Below are positions 33,200-46,943 of a stretch of 64,000 nucleotides of DNA, piece by piece. Position numbers and translations under genes: made by a program. The notes beneath the pieces are model-generated. The model had not been told where the DNA came from. It saw only the letters and a program-made list of their open reading frames with translations, and did not search any database. Each line of letters begins with the position of its first letter. The first letter of the stretch is position 1. The DNA comes from Lytechinus pictus (Eukaryota): positions 15,688,001-15,752,000 of the forward strand of contig NC_087245.1 of the NCBI RefSeq assembly GCF_037042905.1, written 5' to 3'.

Positions 33200-36100
33200 A
33201 AAAATACAAGCAAAACAAAACAAGATAAACAAACAAACAAATAATACAATATTTGAGTTGAATGAAGAAAAAAAATAAGAAAATAAAATACATATTTACT
33301 GGTGCAGCTGCCCCTGATTTAAGCACTAATTAATTATTGACATGGTGGCGTGAGGGTGTAAGTGGATGGACTAATATTGATAATGAAAATCAAGAATGTG
33401 CATTCAAGTAAAATATGTTTTTCTCTCGAAATTATTCAGAAATCACTTAATTACAAAACCAATAGATGAAAATTTGATTTTCACCAATATTTTAATTTTA
33501 ATTCGATATTAGCCGTATACAAAATAATGTAATATTTCAGCGTACCTCACAATAAATCGATACGATTGAAAACAAAAATGAAACAGTAAAGCATGGTCTT
33601 GTAATTACTTTCAGTTGGGCGCCAAAACTTTCTCTTCTCTGATAGAAAACGCACACGAATCAATCCCTTTCGTCATTGGTTGGTTTGTTTTGGTCACGTG
33701 CGCGGTGCGAGAGCTGCCACTCGGGGATGATCGACGTTAGCAAGACGCGTGTGTAAGCTTAATTAAACGACTTCTTGACCGCAAGTAGAAAGTTCTGTAA
33801 CCCTTGCTGGGGAGAGCTTTCGAAGGATTTGGTTGATGTTTAGGTCGCAAACAGCAGAGTTCCTTCTGAACTAAGGGGCAAATAAGCATGTATCATCATT
33901 TTTCTAGGTAGCAATAACTGTTTTCCTCGATTTGTTTTCTCTCCCCTCCCTATTCATTTTTCTCCCCGTTTCTGTGTATTTCTGTTCCTCTGAAAACAAA
34001 TCGAGGAAAACAGTGAAGGCGACCGCACACCTTACCATCGGTCTGCGACCCGAGTTTGGAATAACACATAGTATAATTTGATGCTAATATTAAGACATGG
34101 AATATCTTACTATGTAATGTTCGAAATCGTTGTACGAATACTATGTTCTAATCTGTGACTGTGCTATCATCCTTCTTGGAATAAATATCTAGTCGTAATG
34201 ACGTCATAGCAGTCGTACGATTGACTACTATTTGAAACTAAATTGGTCTTTACTCCAAAATAAAGACTTGCAATCTCTCAAAATGGTTATATTAGTATTC
34301 TTTCAATTGATTTCAACCTGTAATAAAATTATATGTTCCATTCATATTCTCAGAAATTTAGCAGAATGCGATTTGTTCCGGATCGCGAGCAGTCGTAAGG
34401 TGGCCTTTAGGGAGAGAGCGAGAGAGGAAGAGAGGGAGGGGGAGAGAGAGGGGGGGGGGGGGCGAGCGATGTCGGGAGGGAAGATGGTAAGCCTAGGGGT
34501 GGATGCAAGTTCTCAGAAAAGAGGATGGGGCACACATATCTGTTCGACTGGTTAGTTACCGTAAAATGTACAGTGATCTGCAATATTGTGATTGAAATAC
34601 GCAACAATACAAAGCTTCGTGTGGGCTCTAAAACTGACAAAATTGTCTCCCTGGTCATGGCCCCCTTCTATTGGCCATTGCAACAACAAACTTGCGATCT
34701 GTCAATCAAGCATCAAGCCTTCATCCAGAAGAAATACATTGTTTTTCTTTCCTGCTCAATCGCATCATGCATCGCTCCTTCATCAACCTAACTCCAAAAC
34801 TCCCGAGACCGTGCTTGCCAGCTCTCCTCATCCAGTTAGCCAAATCATCGAAATCGCTTTATCCTGGCTCCATCTTCGCTCGAAATTCTTTATTTTCCTT
34901 CCATATCAACCCACCTGTCACTGTGGAGGGTTGACCGTCGTCTCGGCGACGCAATCCAAAGTAATACTACATTCCTCTCTAAAAAAAATGAAAAAGGGGT
35001 AAGTCAAACGTTAACATAGGTCCAGGGAGATGGGACAGAGGGGGCACACACAAATCGAATCCCCCGGCTCACTTGTGGCCGTTATCCGCTTATTGGCCAT
35101 CCCAATCCCGCGCGCATGTCGTAATTTTTCGCTGGGATGGCTCGTGCCTCAAAGTCAATAAGCAAATCCTATCGCTTGATGCTCCCTCTGGGACGCAGCG
35201 AATCGATAAATGTCCCAGGCTCCGGGTCTGCTTCACATGCAAATAAATTGATTGATTGGATTGTGGTAACTTGCATTACAATCTTCGCGATGATGAGTTT
35301 TTCATTGAATTCAAGTCAGTGCCTCACAGTGATTTGCACATGCATAGCAGCGCATAATTACCGTTAAGGATTACTAAAGATCTTCTTTTTTCATTCAGCA
35401 AAAAAGGCTGATATAAATAAAAGAAGAAACTGATAGGATAAGGCGATTTGAGTTAAATTCTTGATATCTTCTAAGTCTTTGTCCAAGCAGTCTCCAGACA
35501 GAATGAAGATCATTGCTCAGGGTCTAAAATAATCACAATTAAGTAAATATTGCCCGCCCAATTTAACATAATTAATTCATTCGTGGTTGATTTGGTTCAC
35601 GCTTCAGAAATTGAATCATTGACTACAATCTCATAATCAACATGAAGCTAGACTTGTCAAGAATCTCTTAGAAATCATGTTTGGAACATATTAAGCTAGT
35701 ATGTAAGTGTGGAAATGGAGAAAGTTGGAAATGTTAAAAATACAAATGCAGCACCAGATAAAAGATTTGTTTTACTTCAGTTGTCGAATCTTGATTAAAT
35801 CATCGTAATTTCTGACCTAAAAATTGACTTTCACATGCACAAACATTGACTTTACCTGATTTTTTCTTCGATATACATTTGAAGGTGAGGGTGGAATAAA
35901 GGGTAACACAATTAATGAGGATGAAGGAAGTGAGAGATGGCTGAATATTTGTGTAATTTTGTATTTTCGAATGTGTCAGATTCCACGTCATTTTCATTTG
36001 AAGTGTGTTCATTTTAACAAAGCTAATACTTGTCGCCGGGGGAATTACTCAAAGATGTCATGTAATTATATGAATAATCGTTGAGTTTCATGAGTCATTT

Positions 36101-36220
36101 ATCCACATAACTGGTAACTACTTATAGTACTAAGTGCAACGTTGGCATACTGTGTCCTATTCTCGCTTTGTCGCCACTATTGCTTTTACTTTTTAAACCC
36201 TAGATTATTGTCGATTCGAT

Positions 36221-36457
36221 GTCGATCTGTTGCCGGGTGGGTGTCATTGTTATTGATCCGTCTTTATACTCACTTTTTGTCGATCTGTTTCCGGGTGTCG
36301 TAGGTATTGACCCATCTTTTTATTCCTTTTATTTATCTGTATTCGATCTGTTGCCGGGTGTCGTCGGTATTGCTCCGTATTTGCACACCTTTTTGTCGAT
36401 CTGTTGCCGAGTGTCGTCGGAATTGCTTCGTCGCTTTATTCACTTTTTTGTCGATCT
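36221..36457. repeat. Degenerate minisatellite, ~4 units of 52-65 bp
   Basis: Unit core GTCGATCTGTTGCCGGGTGTCGTCGGTATTG..C..TC(T)TT..CACTTTTT. Confidence 0.85.
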
Positions 36458-37716
36458 AGCAGAAAAAAAAATCTAAGAAAAATGCCTCGGTCACGGGTAT
36501 CATCTCTGTGTCGAGGACAAGCTGTTGTTGGTATGGTATTCGTCGTTTTAGCATATCCATTTGTCCCATCCTTGAAGTTTTTTGTGTTCACACGATTTAG
36601 GAACACACTACAGTCAGTGCATATAAGAACTCATCAATTACACATTTCGCAAACGATGAAATTAAATGTTCGGCAGGGAAATCACACTTCTTGGGAATAA
36701 GACACCAGGCAATTCTACAGATGTGAAAAGGGTATTATTTAGGGTTTTTAGGCCAAGAGAGCCAGGACCTGTTTGAACGGGAGAGGCCGTCGAAGCGGAG
36801 GTGAACTCCAAAAATGTGACCAAACATGCCGCTGTCTTTCTTGTCTTCAAACAAACCAGGTCAGAGAAACATTTGAGATGCCTTGCCCGCCTTGGAACCC
36901 TCCCCGAGCGAAGGGAAAGAAAGGAATAAAGATAAGTCAATGCACAAAAAGATAAATGGGGGAAATGAGATCAAACATTGATTTGAGAAACTCAACTGGC
37001 GTAACGTCATCTGTGATCTGTATTGCAATTTTATTCATTATTTAACTTTATCGAACACAGATGGTATTGGAATTATGTATAAAAATATCTCAGCCTAGAT
37101 ATTTCAAACGCAAACTAAAAACAATTTTACTTATCCAAATAGGCCCTTTCCACAGGGCAAATTTAAAAGTCCTACATTCGGAGAGTTTCATGAAAAAATA
37201 TTTCCTATCGTAATCCATTTCCGCTGTCTCAAAAATTAATCTAAATATATGTCTTCCATAACGACCGGAGCAAGACATTCTTCTCATCCAAAATTTGGGA
37301 CTTTCTCAACCTACCATTGAGCTATAAGCGTGAATGGGTTCGATAATATTTCAATAGCAACAAAACAAAGTAACTTGTTAATTTCAACGGTATATAAACT
37401 ACATATGTCAATTCTGGCAAATTCATAGGATTTCTTGCTATTCTGCTACAGATATTAAAATCATTTCAATCATTTATTTTGTACCTAAAGTTCAGGAATG
37501 GCAAAAATAGATTTAGAAGATTAAGATAAGCGATAGAATATTTTACTTTTAAAATAACAGTAGATCTCAATTTGATAGTTCAGCCATGAAATATAAAACA
37601 AGAAAACATCCATGCTCTCTAATTAATGACACCACCCGACTCTTTTCCCCCTCTCTAATGTTTCTTTTTCGTGGATGTTTTCAGCCTCAGGTTGCTTTCC
37701 TTTCAATCTATCCTCT

Positions 37717-38176
<460 letters not shown>

Positions 38177-40066
38177 TCTCCCTTTTCCTGTTCCCTCATT
38201 TTCATTCTTTTCCAATTATTATTCATGATTATTTTGTGTTTTTCAAAAAACAAAATGGTACAAAAAAATGGTGCGCATACTTTAAAAATGATATTTTTTA
38301 CGGGAGGGGATAATAGCTAAGTTGTATTTTTTGTGCAGCCCCCCCCCCTCTTTTATCAAGAAAACCTTATTTTTTTGTTCAAGTATAGCCTCATAAAATG
38401 GCTCAACTATTAAACAATCAAATGATTTTACTTCCATTTATTTTCTTTTTTATAAATATTTGAAGATAATGTTTTGGTTTTTGGAAAAATCATTATTTAT
38501 TCCAATTTCCCATTCATTATTACGGAAAATGCTTTGATGATTCAAGCCTTACTATACCATAATGAAGAAGAGTAGAAAACTTTGAGAGCTGAATGAATCG
38601 GGGAATAGATTTCTTAATTTCAGTTCAAAGGCATGAGTAAGGGATTGAAAGCCTTGACGGATAGATTTCACATCACGATTCAGTGTGTCAACCATCCCTG
38701 TTTGTCATTCTGTTTGATGTTGCTTGAAGCGACAATCATACTAAAGAGGCACACCGGGAACTATTGTCAAACAAAGTACCCCCTGGTGGTGTAGAACCAG
38801 GGGGCAAGGGGGGGGGGGCAGGTGGTCTGATCAGTGGGGCAAAAATAAAATAAGAGGAAACATTGTAAGAGGGTTGAGTTCGGTGAGTTACCAAGCGAGT
38901 GAAGCGAGGGAGACAATTCTTATTTGTTAAACATTATTTTTTTTATTTTAGATTTCGCATTATTGGGCATTATATTCAAGATTAAAGAAACACATTTTGA
39001 AGAATACAAACCGTACTTTTGATGAAATGTTATCATTATTATTAGAGTACTATATATTATTATCGTAACGTTATAGGCATAGGCCCAAAGAAAAAGGAAG
39101 CAACTTAAAGACAAAAAAGTATTCTTTACTTCCTTATGCCACTTATCCCCCCCCCCCCTCTCATAGAGGAAGATCATACCACCGTACTACCTTATGCTGG
39201 CCACCCCTTATTGGCTTACCACCCTGCGCTCCTTTGATAGTACATACCCCTCGATGCGATTGAAAGGTGAGTGTGCGTATGTATATGTGTGCGTGGGTGG
39301 GTGAGTGTGTGTAATATCTCCTCCCTCTCACTCTTCAAGCTTCTGGGAAATTCAGGATTTTTGTGTGCTCTGCATATATTTTCAATTACAGAGTATCATA
39401 TGAAAAAAAAATAAAGAGAAATGGAAAGAGAGAGAGAGGGGGGGAGACCAGAAAGATAGAGAGGTAGATAATATTAATTTTGTATTTCATGAATACGATT
39501 TCAATTTAAAAGAAAATACAGCGTAAAATGAATTATTCGCTTTAAATATAGCGAAATACGTCCACGGCCGCCCCCTGGGTCCGCCTATGGTATACATTGT
39601 TAAAGCTAGATATCTGGTGGGGCTGAGGAAACATAAGCTGTTCGTATCAAATCATAAAACGAAAATGATAAAGAAGTGTTTGAAACATATACAGTGTCAT
39701 TTCCAATTTTTAACAAATGCCAAAGGCGCTGTAACAATACCTCTCAAGCCGACAGCATCCTCTTTTTACTTGAAAACTGTCAAACAGCGCTTTTGAAAAC
39801 TAAAACCGACTGGAATTATGATGAAAGTCGAGGAAATGATACACAGAAGATATGAATAAGCCTACTTAGAAGCATGGTAATCTATCAGCAGGTGTCGTCG
39901 TGGGCCAATCCAGGATTTGAGTAAGGAAGGGGCGAGGGTGAAGGGGGCGTGCCCTCATTCAGAAAGGGCATTCAATACTGGCTTGGCGGTGGGGGGGGGG
40001 TCTCGCTAAAGTTGAGTAACAAATGGGTCACGCCTGTGTGTGGGCGGCAGTTTCGATTACATGATA

Positions 40067-40349
40067 CACTGTTAGAAAATTTATCCTTAAAATAAAAGAA
40101 GTTCCTGCAGCAGAGTCTCGAGAACACCTGTAATCTTACCAGATTGCGTAATCTTACAGAAAATTGGCATTTGGTGTATGTAATCTTACAAATTTCCTTG
40201 AAAAAACACACACCCTTTCCCCCTTTTTAAACAGACCTGTTCTGTTAAATTGCAGAAAAATTCTTGTTTTATGAATTTACAGAATGATTCTGTTATTGCT
40301 TTCTGCAAAATCTTCTTTTTTTCTGTAAAATCACAATTTTTTAACAGTG
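40067..40349. mobile_element. MITE with CACTG termini and TA flanks; related partial copy at ~3601-3765
   Basis: TA|CACTGTTAGAAAATT...AATTTTTTAACAGTG|TA; shares GTCTCGAGAACACCT and TTACAGAAA with the 3601 copy. Confidence 0.75.
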
Positions 40350-40790
40350 TAATACATCAACTATGGTGAAGCAATTACGATATAATTATTTGGTTTCCGA
40401 TTCGAAATAAGTCGATTTAAGAAATTAATCAATTAAAAATTTGGGAAAATTATTGACCTAACTACAGATACCCTAGATAAATCAGAATAACTGGAACTCC
40501 TGATGATCATTCTGCTTGAAGGTCATTGCTAGTTTTATCTTTCACCCAAACAGACGTATTTCATTTCAAAGTACCCTTTTATGGTGTAATGGAATCGTAG
40601 AGGACCTACCTAATGGAACAATCCCCAATCACCCGAATAGACTATAACATTAGCATGTCTATCTATAAATGTGCAAACCGTGGATATACTGCTCCCTGTT
40701 TGAACTTTGCCTAAGCTGAGTGTGGGTTCACAGTGTAACCACAGTGTCGAATTTAAGTTTTAGTGTGGATTCATAGCTTTCCGAGTAGAT

Positions 40791-40808
40791 GACACACACA
40801 CACACACC

Positions 40809-40849
<41 letters not shown>

Positions 40850-40895
40850 CCTCACACACACACACATATATATGTATATATATGCATGTATGTAT
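40791..40895. repeat. (CA)n/(CT)n/(TA)n/(TATG)n compound microsatellite
   Basis: Directly visible. Confidence 0.9.
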
Positions 40896-41166
40896 GTATC
40901 AACTATGTGGAGAGCTTTAGTAAACCACTTGATATAAAATGCACCCCATATACCGTGGAACAAACGACCTTGATTTGGCAGTGAAGGCCTTTTTTTTGGT
41001 GGGGGTGGTTGTCAAAATTTTCCTGTACAAGAATGCCCCCCTTTTGAAAATACTGGATCCGCCCCTGTCATGTACACTGAATGTATTGAAGTGTATGTTA
41101 ACAATTACTAACATAGAGTGTATTTTATACCAAGTGGTCTACTTTAGCTCTCCACATAGTTGATAC
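40896..41166. mobile_element. MITE with ~49-bp TIRs
   Basis: GTATCAACTATGTGGAGAGCTTTAGTAAACCACTTGATATAAAATGCAC versus the reverse complement of 41118-41166, with about 5 mismatches. Confidence 0.85.
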
Positions 41167-41274
41167 ACTGAATAAAAGTGACACACCACAAATCAAACAG
41201 TGGCATGAATCTCAAATCATATTCGATTAGAGAGCTACCATTTACGGCATCCTTTTGTTAAGACGGCCGACTTA

Positions 41275-41400
41275 TATATCTCAGTTGGTAGAGTATCGTT
41301 CGTCATCTGAGAACCGGGGTTCGAGATCAAGTGTCCTTCGGAGAGGACCTAATGCCTAGGGTCCTCTAGTGGCTTTCTGGGTAGGCTGGTAAAATAAACC
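41275..41400 (+). mobile_element. Degenerate tRNA-derived SINE head
   Basis: A-box-like TCAGTTGGTAGAG, B-box-like GGTTCGAG, then CTTCGGAGAGGAC..GGTCCTC, shared with the element at 43581-43715. Confidence 0.5.
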
Positions 41401-43580
41401 AGCCACCACTTCCAATCTTTACACATCAAGCAAAGTTCCGGATAATACTTGCTTAGACCCTAATGCACCAAACCGCCAGCGGAGAGGTTTGTGAGACCAC
41501 TCCATCTGCTTCTTGACTTAAGTTGTTGTGTTTTTGTTATAACCAGGAGTAATACGTTTCCATGGTAATGATCTAAATCTTCTGGCATGTTTGTTCTTGT
41601 TGTATACACGGTATAGGTCAGGTGCATCCTGAACAATTGCCCACAATCATAACTGTACATATCTTCCTCCACTATTTTTAAATCTCCCGTACAACATTTT
41701 TTTTTCTCTATTTCCATCCCTCCTTCTCCAAATATGCACAAAAACATACATCGATTTATAGATAGAGATTTGTTTTGCAAAAATTGTCTGACTCTTGATA
41801 ACACAGTATGATTGTATCTCATTGACTGTGTTCATTGGTGTTGTTATAAGTTTCTTCTGTCAAAACTTACAAGTAGGTTGGAGTTATGAAAAACTGGAAA
41901 AACTGGAAAAACCTAAAAGTAGGCTTTTATAATGTGAATGGTATGGTCATCTCTCCTTTTCCATCGTGTTTCATTCCATCAATACCCTAAGTACCTATTA
42001 ATACCTAAAAAACATGTCTCAATTTCGGTTAATATTCATGCTTTTCCACGCCGAACGTTCTTCCAGACACTTCCGAACCAAAAAGATCTCATTTCATTAA
42101 CAAATTCTTTCTCTTCGCGCCCCTAGTTCAAATTTGTTTCATCCGTTTTGCATATTTCACAAAGTACTCGCCTTGACCTCTGACTGGAAAACTAATATTG
42201 TAAACATTATACAACGATGATTTCACTTACCATTTCTGTGTTTCCGCATTTTGAGTTCATGCTTGGTTTACCCGTCTTTCCACGTGGATACACAGAATGC
42301 CCGAGAGATTTGATAAATAGGGCCTATACACACTAAAGAAGATGGATGGGAAGGATAATGCATGGCAATGGTTGATGATCTGAAAGGAAAAATGTCTGAA
42401 AATGCTGAGGAATTATTAAATAACTAAGGACTTATGCCTATATCTTTATGATTTTTAAAAATAGATATTGGAATCATGACTTGGTGTTCTCATCTGAAAA
42501 TACTCACCACAAGATGGATATTCATAAAATAATAATAATAATGATTATAAGACTAAATTTATATAGCACAAATTTTTGGATATATTCAGCTGAACTGTTT
42601 TGAACTGTTTTAAGTTCATTCTACGCAGTACTTTCTCAATGGCCTAATCATAGACCTCACATTTTGACAAATTATAAGGTTTTTTTATTCATATTTCTTT
42701 CTATATCTTTGCAGTAGACGGAATCTTGCTCAAAGAATCGTCGTTTCCATGGAGTATGATAAATTTGCGCATGTATACAGAGTCCTTCACAGTCGTCAGC
42801 CTGAACATATGCGAGCACGCAATATCTTCTAATACCAACTATGAGGTTATAAAACGTCTTCATAAGCGCTCTATAAACCACTTGCGGATACCGTTGATAT
42901 CATTCGCATTGTTTCGTTTTGGCCAACGGGAATACACGCTCTTATTCCACAACCCTCCAAGAAAAGAAAATAGACGATGCCTATTATATTTTCCACAAGT
43001 AATAAATGATACTAAACGAAATAATCCAATAGAAGTGAGCAACCGCACTCTTCTCCTCTATCCATGCTACCCAAAGATTTAAAGGCGTACCTTCGAATTA
43101 AGGGTATATTATTTTTTAAGACGCTTGCGACTTGAAAAATGCATGTTTTGTATAGAAGTCAATCATGTAGGCCGTCTGTAATAAAACATCCATTGCACAG
43201 AAAGGGTCTGCAGCATTGTACGTTATGTGAGCATTATATTAATTAAGATACACTTCGTCTTCCTCTCCTTTCTGATATTTGTCGTTCTTATAATACTACT
43301 AATATTCGTCATTATAATTTTCCTGATTTTTTCGATCGAGTTTGAGCATAAGTGTACCAATCAAGTTTGATTATTAACGTCTTGGACCTACCATTAACGT
43401 CACCACCAGAAAGGCAAACCTCTACATCGATTTAAACGTCTCTATGTTGCATGCAGGCGTTTTATCATTTATTGGTCATAAATTTCTTTATTATACTGGT
43501 TATGACCATGGTTATTATCATAATAAGAATTACCTGAATAATAAGAAAGCATGAATACTTGTCGGTAAGCACTCAGGATC

Positions 43581-43715
43581 GAGGACCGACATCTTAATGT
43601 CCTTTCCGAGGAGCCTGGTATGAGGATAAATCCATTAACAGAAAAAAAAACGAGCGCGCCGATATTCGATCCAAGGCGACTTGATTGCAGACCCCCGCAT
43701 TACCAACTAAGCTAT
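43581..43715 (-). mobile_element. Degenerate tRNA-derived SINE
   Basis: Minus strand TAGCTTAGTTGGTAA (A box), GGATCGAAT (B-box-like), then CTCGGAAAGGACATTAAGATGTCGGTCCTC. Confidence 0.55.
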
Positions 43716-44990
43716 TTATACACCTACTCATCCACGTCACCACCACCACAATCACTATCATATTACCTTCATCATCTCTTTAATGCTCTCATTAAAGTGC
43801 CATCTATTTACTTGTGATTGGCAAAATGGGTAGATATTTCCATCTTGCCATGTCGATATAATAGTCTTGTTTTGTCGACAGGGAAAATACGTTATGTTGC
43901 AAAGTCGACTTGTCTAAAGTTATATGAGGATATGGAAAGATATTATTGCCTAGTCAATTTATAAAAAAATAATGTCGACTTCGTAATACAGCTTATCACG
44001 CCATGTCGATATACAACTTGGTAGAATTGGCACGATGTCTCATTGTCGACATTACCATGCAATTAACTCGACATGGCAGTAGCAAATTAGCTCGCCATCT
44101 CTTAAAGAAAATTAGCACTTTAGAGCTTTCGTAGCAGGCAGCAAGCGAAACATTTGGTTTGGTGTGTTCCTTTCCACCGAGATCAAAGTCAAGTAATGTT
44201 CTCAACGTAAAATATATGCACAATAAATCGATAGAATTAGACAAGTGATATGTGACTGAGCCGTGATTGCATTTTATTTCGCTAAATATATTTTGACAGT
44301 TTGATTCACTGCCGCATTAAAAAAAAAATTTGCACTAAAGACTTAGGTGAATTAAAGACGTTTCCTTTTATTGACGGGATGGTTTTACCCGTTTACATCC
44401 GAATCATTGATTCTTAATGTCATTCATACAAACATTTTGGGTGTATGGGTACATGAATAATTGAAAATACTCGGCTGAGTGATGTAGGCAGTTAAGGTGG
44501 GTGTGTTATTCAGTCAATTGTAAACGTTTCTTCAGCTTATCAATCGGTTATTTTCGCCGGTTGGCGATCTCCTAGATTTCCCTTTGTCCATCCGCAATCG
44601 GATGGTCCGTTTGCCAGGTCAAGCAAGTAATAGACGGACCAATACAGGAATGGTGCGATGACATTCGTTTTGCGTGCAATTACCAATGTCACCGAGAATA
44701 TGCAACGGCGAAGAACCACCATAAAGACAATTTCAACACTCTAAGGGAGAGAGCTTGAAGAACATGACAGAATTTTTGATTATATATTTCAGAACATGAT
44801 GTATATCACGGGGGCCGTTTGAACGGGGGAGGGGAGGAGGGCTGGGTGGGCTCCAGCCCCCACTTTTTTTTCTCCAAAACTGTGTACAAAAACGTAAAAA
44901 TGACCATCTGATTGTGATAGTTGCATGGTCAGCCCCCACTTTCAAAACCGTTCTGCGGCCCCTGTGTCACATGTATAATTATAACCATAT

Positions 44991-45164
44991 GGGAGCGTTT
45001 CCTGAAACGACTTGTCGGATTCTTTTTTTTATCCGGCAAAGTCGTTTCTTACCGACAGTTACCATAGTAATAGTAAGAATCATGTGCCTCATAGCCAATG
45101 AAAACCAAGGAAAGTTGTCAGATCTGACAACTTGGCGGATGACAAATATCGATGGAACACTCCC
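44991..45164. mobile_element. Short MITE
   Basis: GGGAGCGTTTCC...GGAACACTCCC termini with internal palindromic GTTGTCAGATCTGACAAC; related sequence in reverse at ~2190-2290. Confidence 0.55.
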
Positions 45165-45547
45165 AAGAAATACCTATAAAGAAAAAAAAGACGCCGAGCT
45201 AAATTGAATATTAACCTTGTATATAACATTTTGACTCGATTCCATGTTGGCAACAGTTTTCCTCTGAACCCAATTGTTCACTTGTGCTTTAAGTCCCTGT
45301 AAAAAAACAACAAGGAAATTCAAAGTCATATCCAGTTCATTTAATATCATAATTATTTCACACGCACAGTGAAAATCGAACAACAACAGGTAGTAAAAAT
45401 CAAGTAATGTAAAAAACCGATCCCCTTTTGAAAGCATACGTGCAATTTTCACCTCTCGAAGTTCGTACGAATAGAAATAGGACACCCATAACATTCATAT
45501 CACATGGTGTGTTTTAATTCAGCGTATCATATTCATCGCATCTTTTC

Positions 45548-46943
45548 CAGTGGCGTAACAGGCGGGGGGGGGGGGGCAAGCTGCCCCCCTGGCGGATTTC
45601 ACCGGGAAAATAAAAGAAAAACGGGAAATATAAAAAAAGGAGGGAGAAAGAAAGGGAAAGGGAAAGGAAAGGGGAAAAGGAAAGGAGGAAAAGGAAAGGA
45701 GGAAAAGGAAAGGGAAAGGGAAAAGGGAAAAGAAAACGAAGAAAAAAACAACATTTTTTTTAAATGGAAAAGGAAGGAAAGCGTGAAAATGTACGACATT
45801 TGAAGAGCGGGAAGAAAGATGGACTGCATACAACATTGTGCTATAAGCTTGCTAAATTTTATGCATATAAGCTACCGGGGCTTTGCCCCAGACCCCACGC
45901 AGTAGGGGCTCTTCATTTATAACCTTCAAATGGCTCTATAACGCCCCCGTTCAATCACGTTCAATCACGTTCAATCACTGGCATACAGGCGGGGGGGGGG
46001 GGGGGTGTTGGTTCCACACCCAAGAGGAAATAAAATAAATTATAGGAGACAACGTATAATGAAATGAATGGAAACAATGAAATATGTTATTTGATGAATA
46101 TAATAGATAAATCTCTCACATAATAAGAATTTATTTTCAATAGGCAATTTTTTCCAGCTCGCTTTGCACGCTGGCGACTTTTTACAAATTTTCCCACATT
46201 GCTATGTTTTGCCCCCTCAAAATATCTGGTTCATTACGCAACTGGGTTGAATAAATGTGTTGTGTAAGAGCTATATTTTGTATATGCCCGCGATTTGATT
46301 AAAATAGCGGCAATCTGCGAGGTTTAAATGGCTTTGATATAAAAAATTTCCAGGGGCTCCGCCCCGGACCCCCAACCGCACAGTACTGCGTATGGAAGGG
46401 TTGGGCCATGGCCCCACAAAGTTCTACAAACAAGAACAAAAAAATGAGGAAAGAAAAGCAAAGGAAAAGTGTAGGATATGTTTTTATTTACTGAATATAA
46501 TGTCAAAAACAGCCAAAAGTTAGATTCTCATGAAAAGGTGATTTTTTATCGCTCGCTCGGGACTTTTATAAAGCTGCTTTTTAGCACATGTACTATACTG
46601 CGCCCCTCGTTTTTTTTCTACTCTTCACGGTACTGCCGCAAAGAATCCTGTTCACAGTGGCGTACAGACCACAAAAAGGAATCTAAAGAGAAAAGAGTGA
46701 AATATATTATTCTCTGGATAACATGTCAAAATCTATCACAAAATTGGATCTTTGTGTTAAAAACGTCAAAATTTTTGCTCGCTCGCAACTTTTTTAAAGA
46801 TAAATTCTGCCCGATACGCAATATCTAACCTTCTCAAAATAGTCGACTCATTACACCATTACGCCTGTTCATACCATGATATGACCGGGAAATTTTTGGC
46901 TCTTGCCCCCCCCCCCTTGCCACCGACCCCTGTTACGCCGCTG
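45548..46943. mobile_element. Composite non-autonomous hAT-like element (~1.4 kb)
   Basis: TIRs CAGTGGCGTAACAGG / CCTGTTACGCCGCTG; 8-bp TSD ATCTTTTC (45540-45547) / ATCTCTTC (46944-46951). Confidence 0.8.

Noticed and set aside
36221..36457. CRISPR-like repeat-spacer array
   Set aside because: The 'spacers' resemble one another, the repeats are degenerate, the context is eukaryotic and there are no cas genes.
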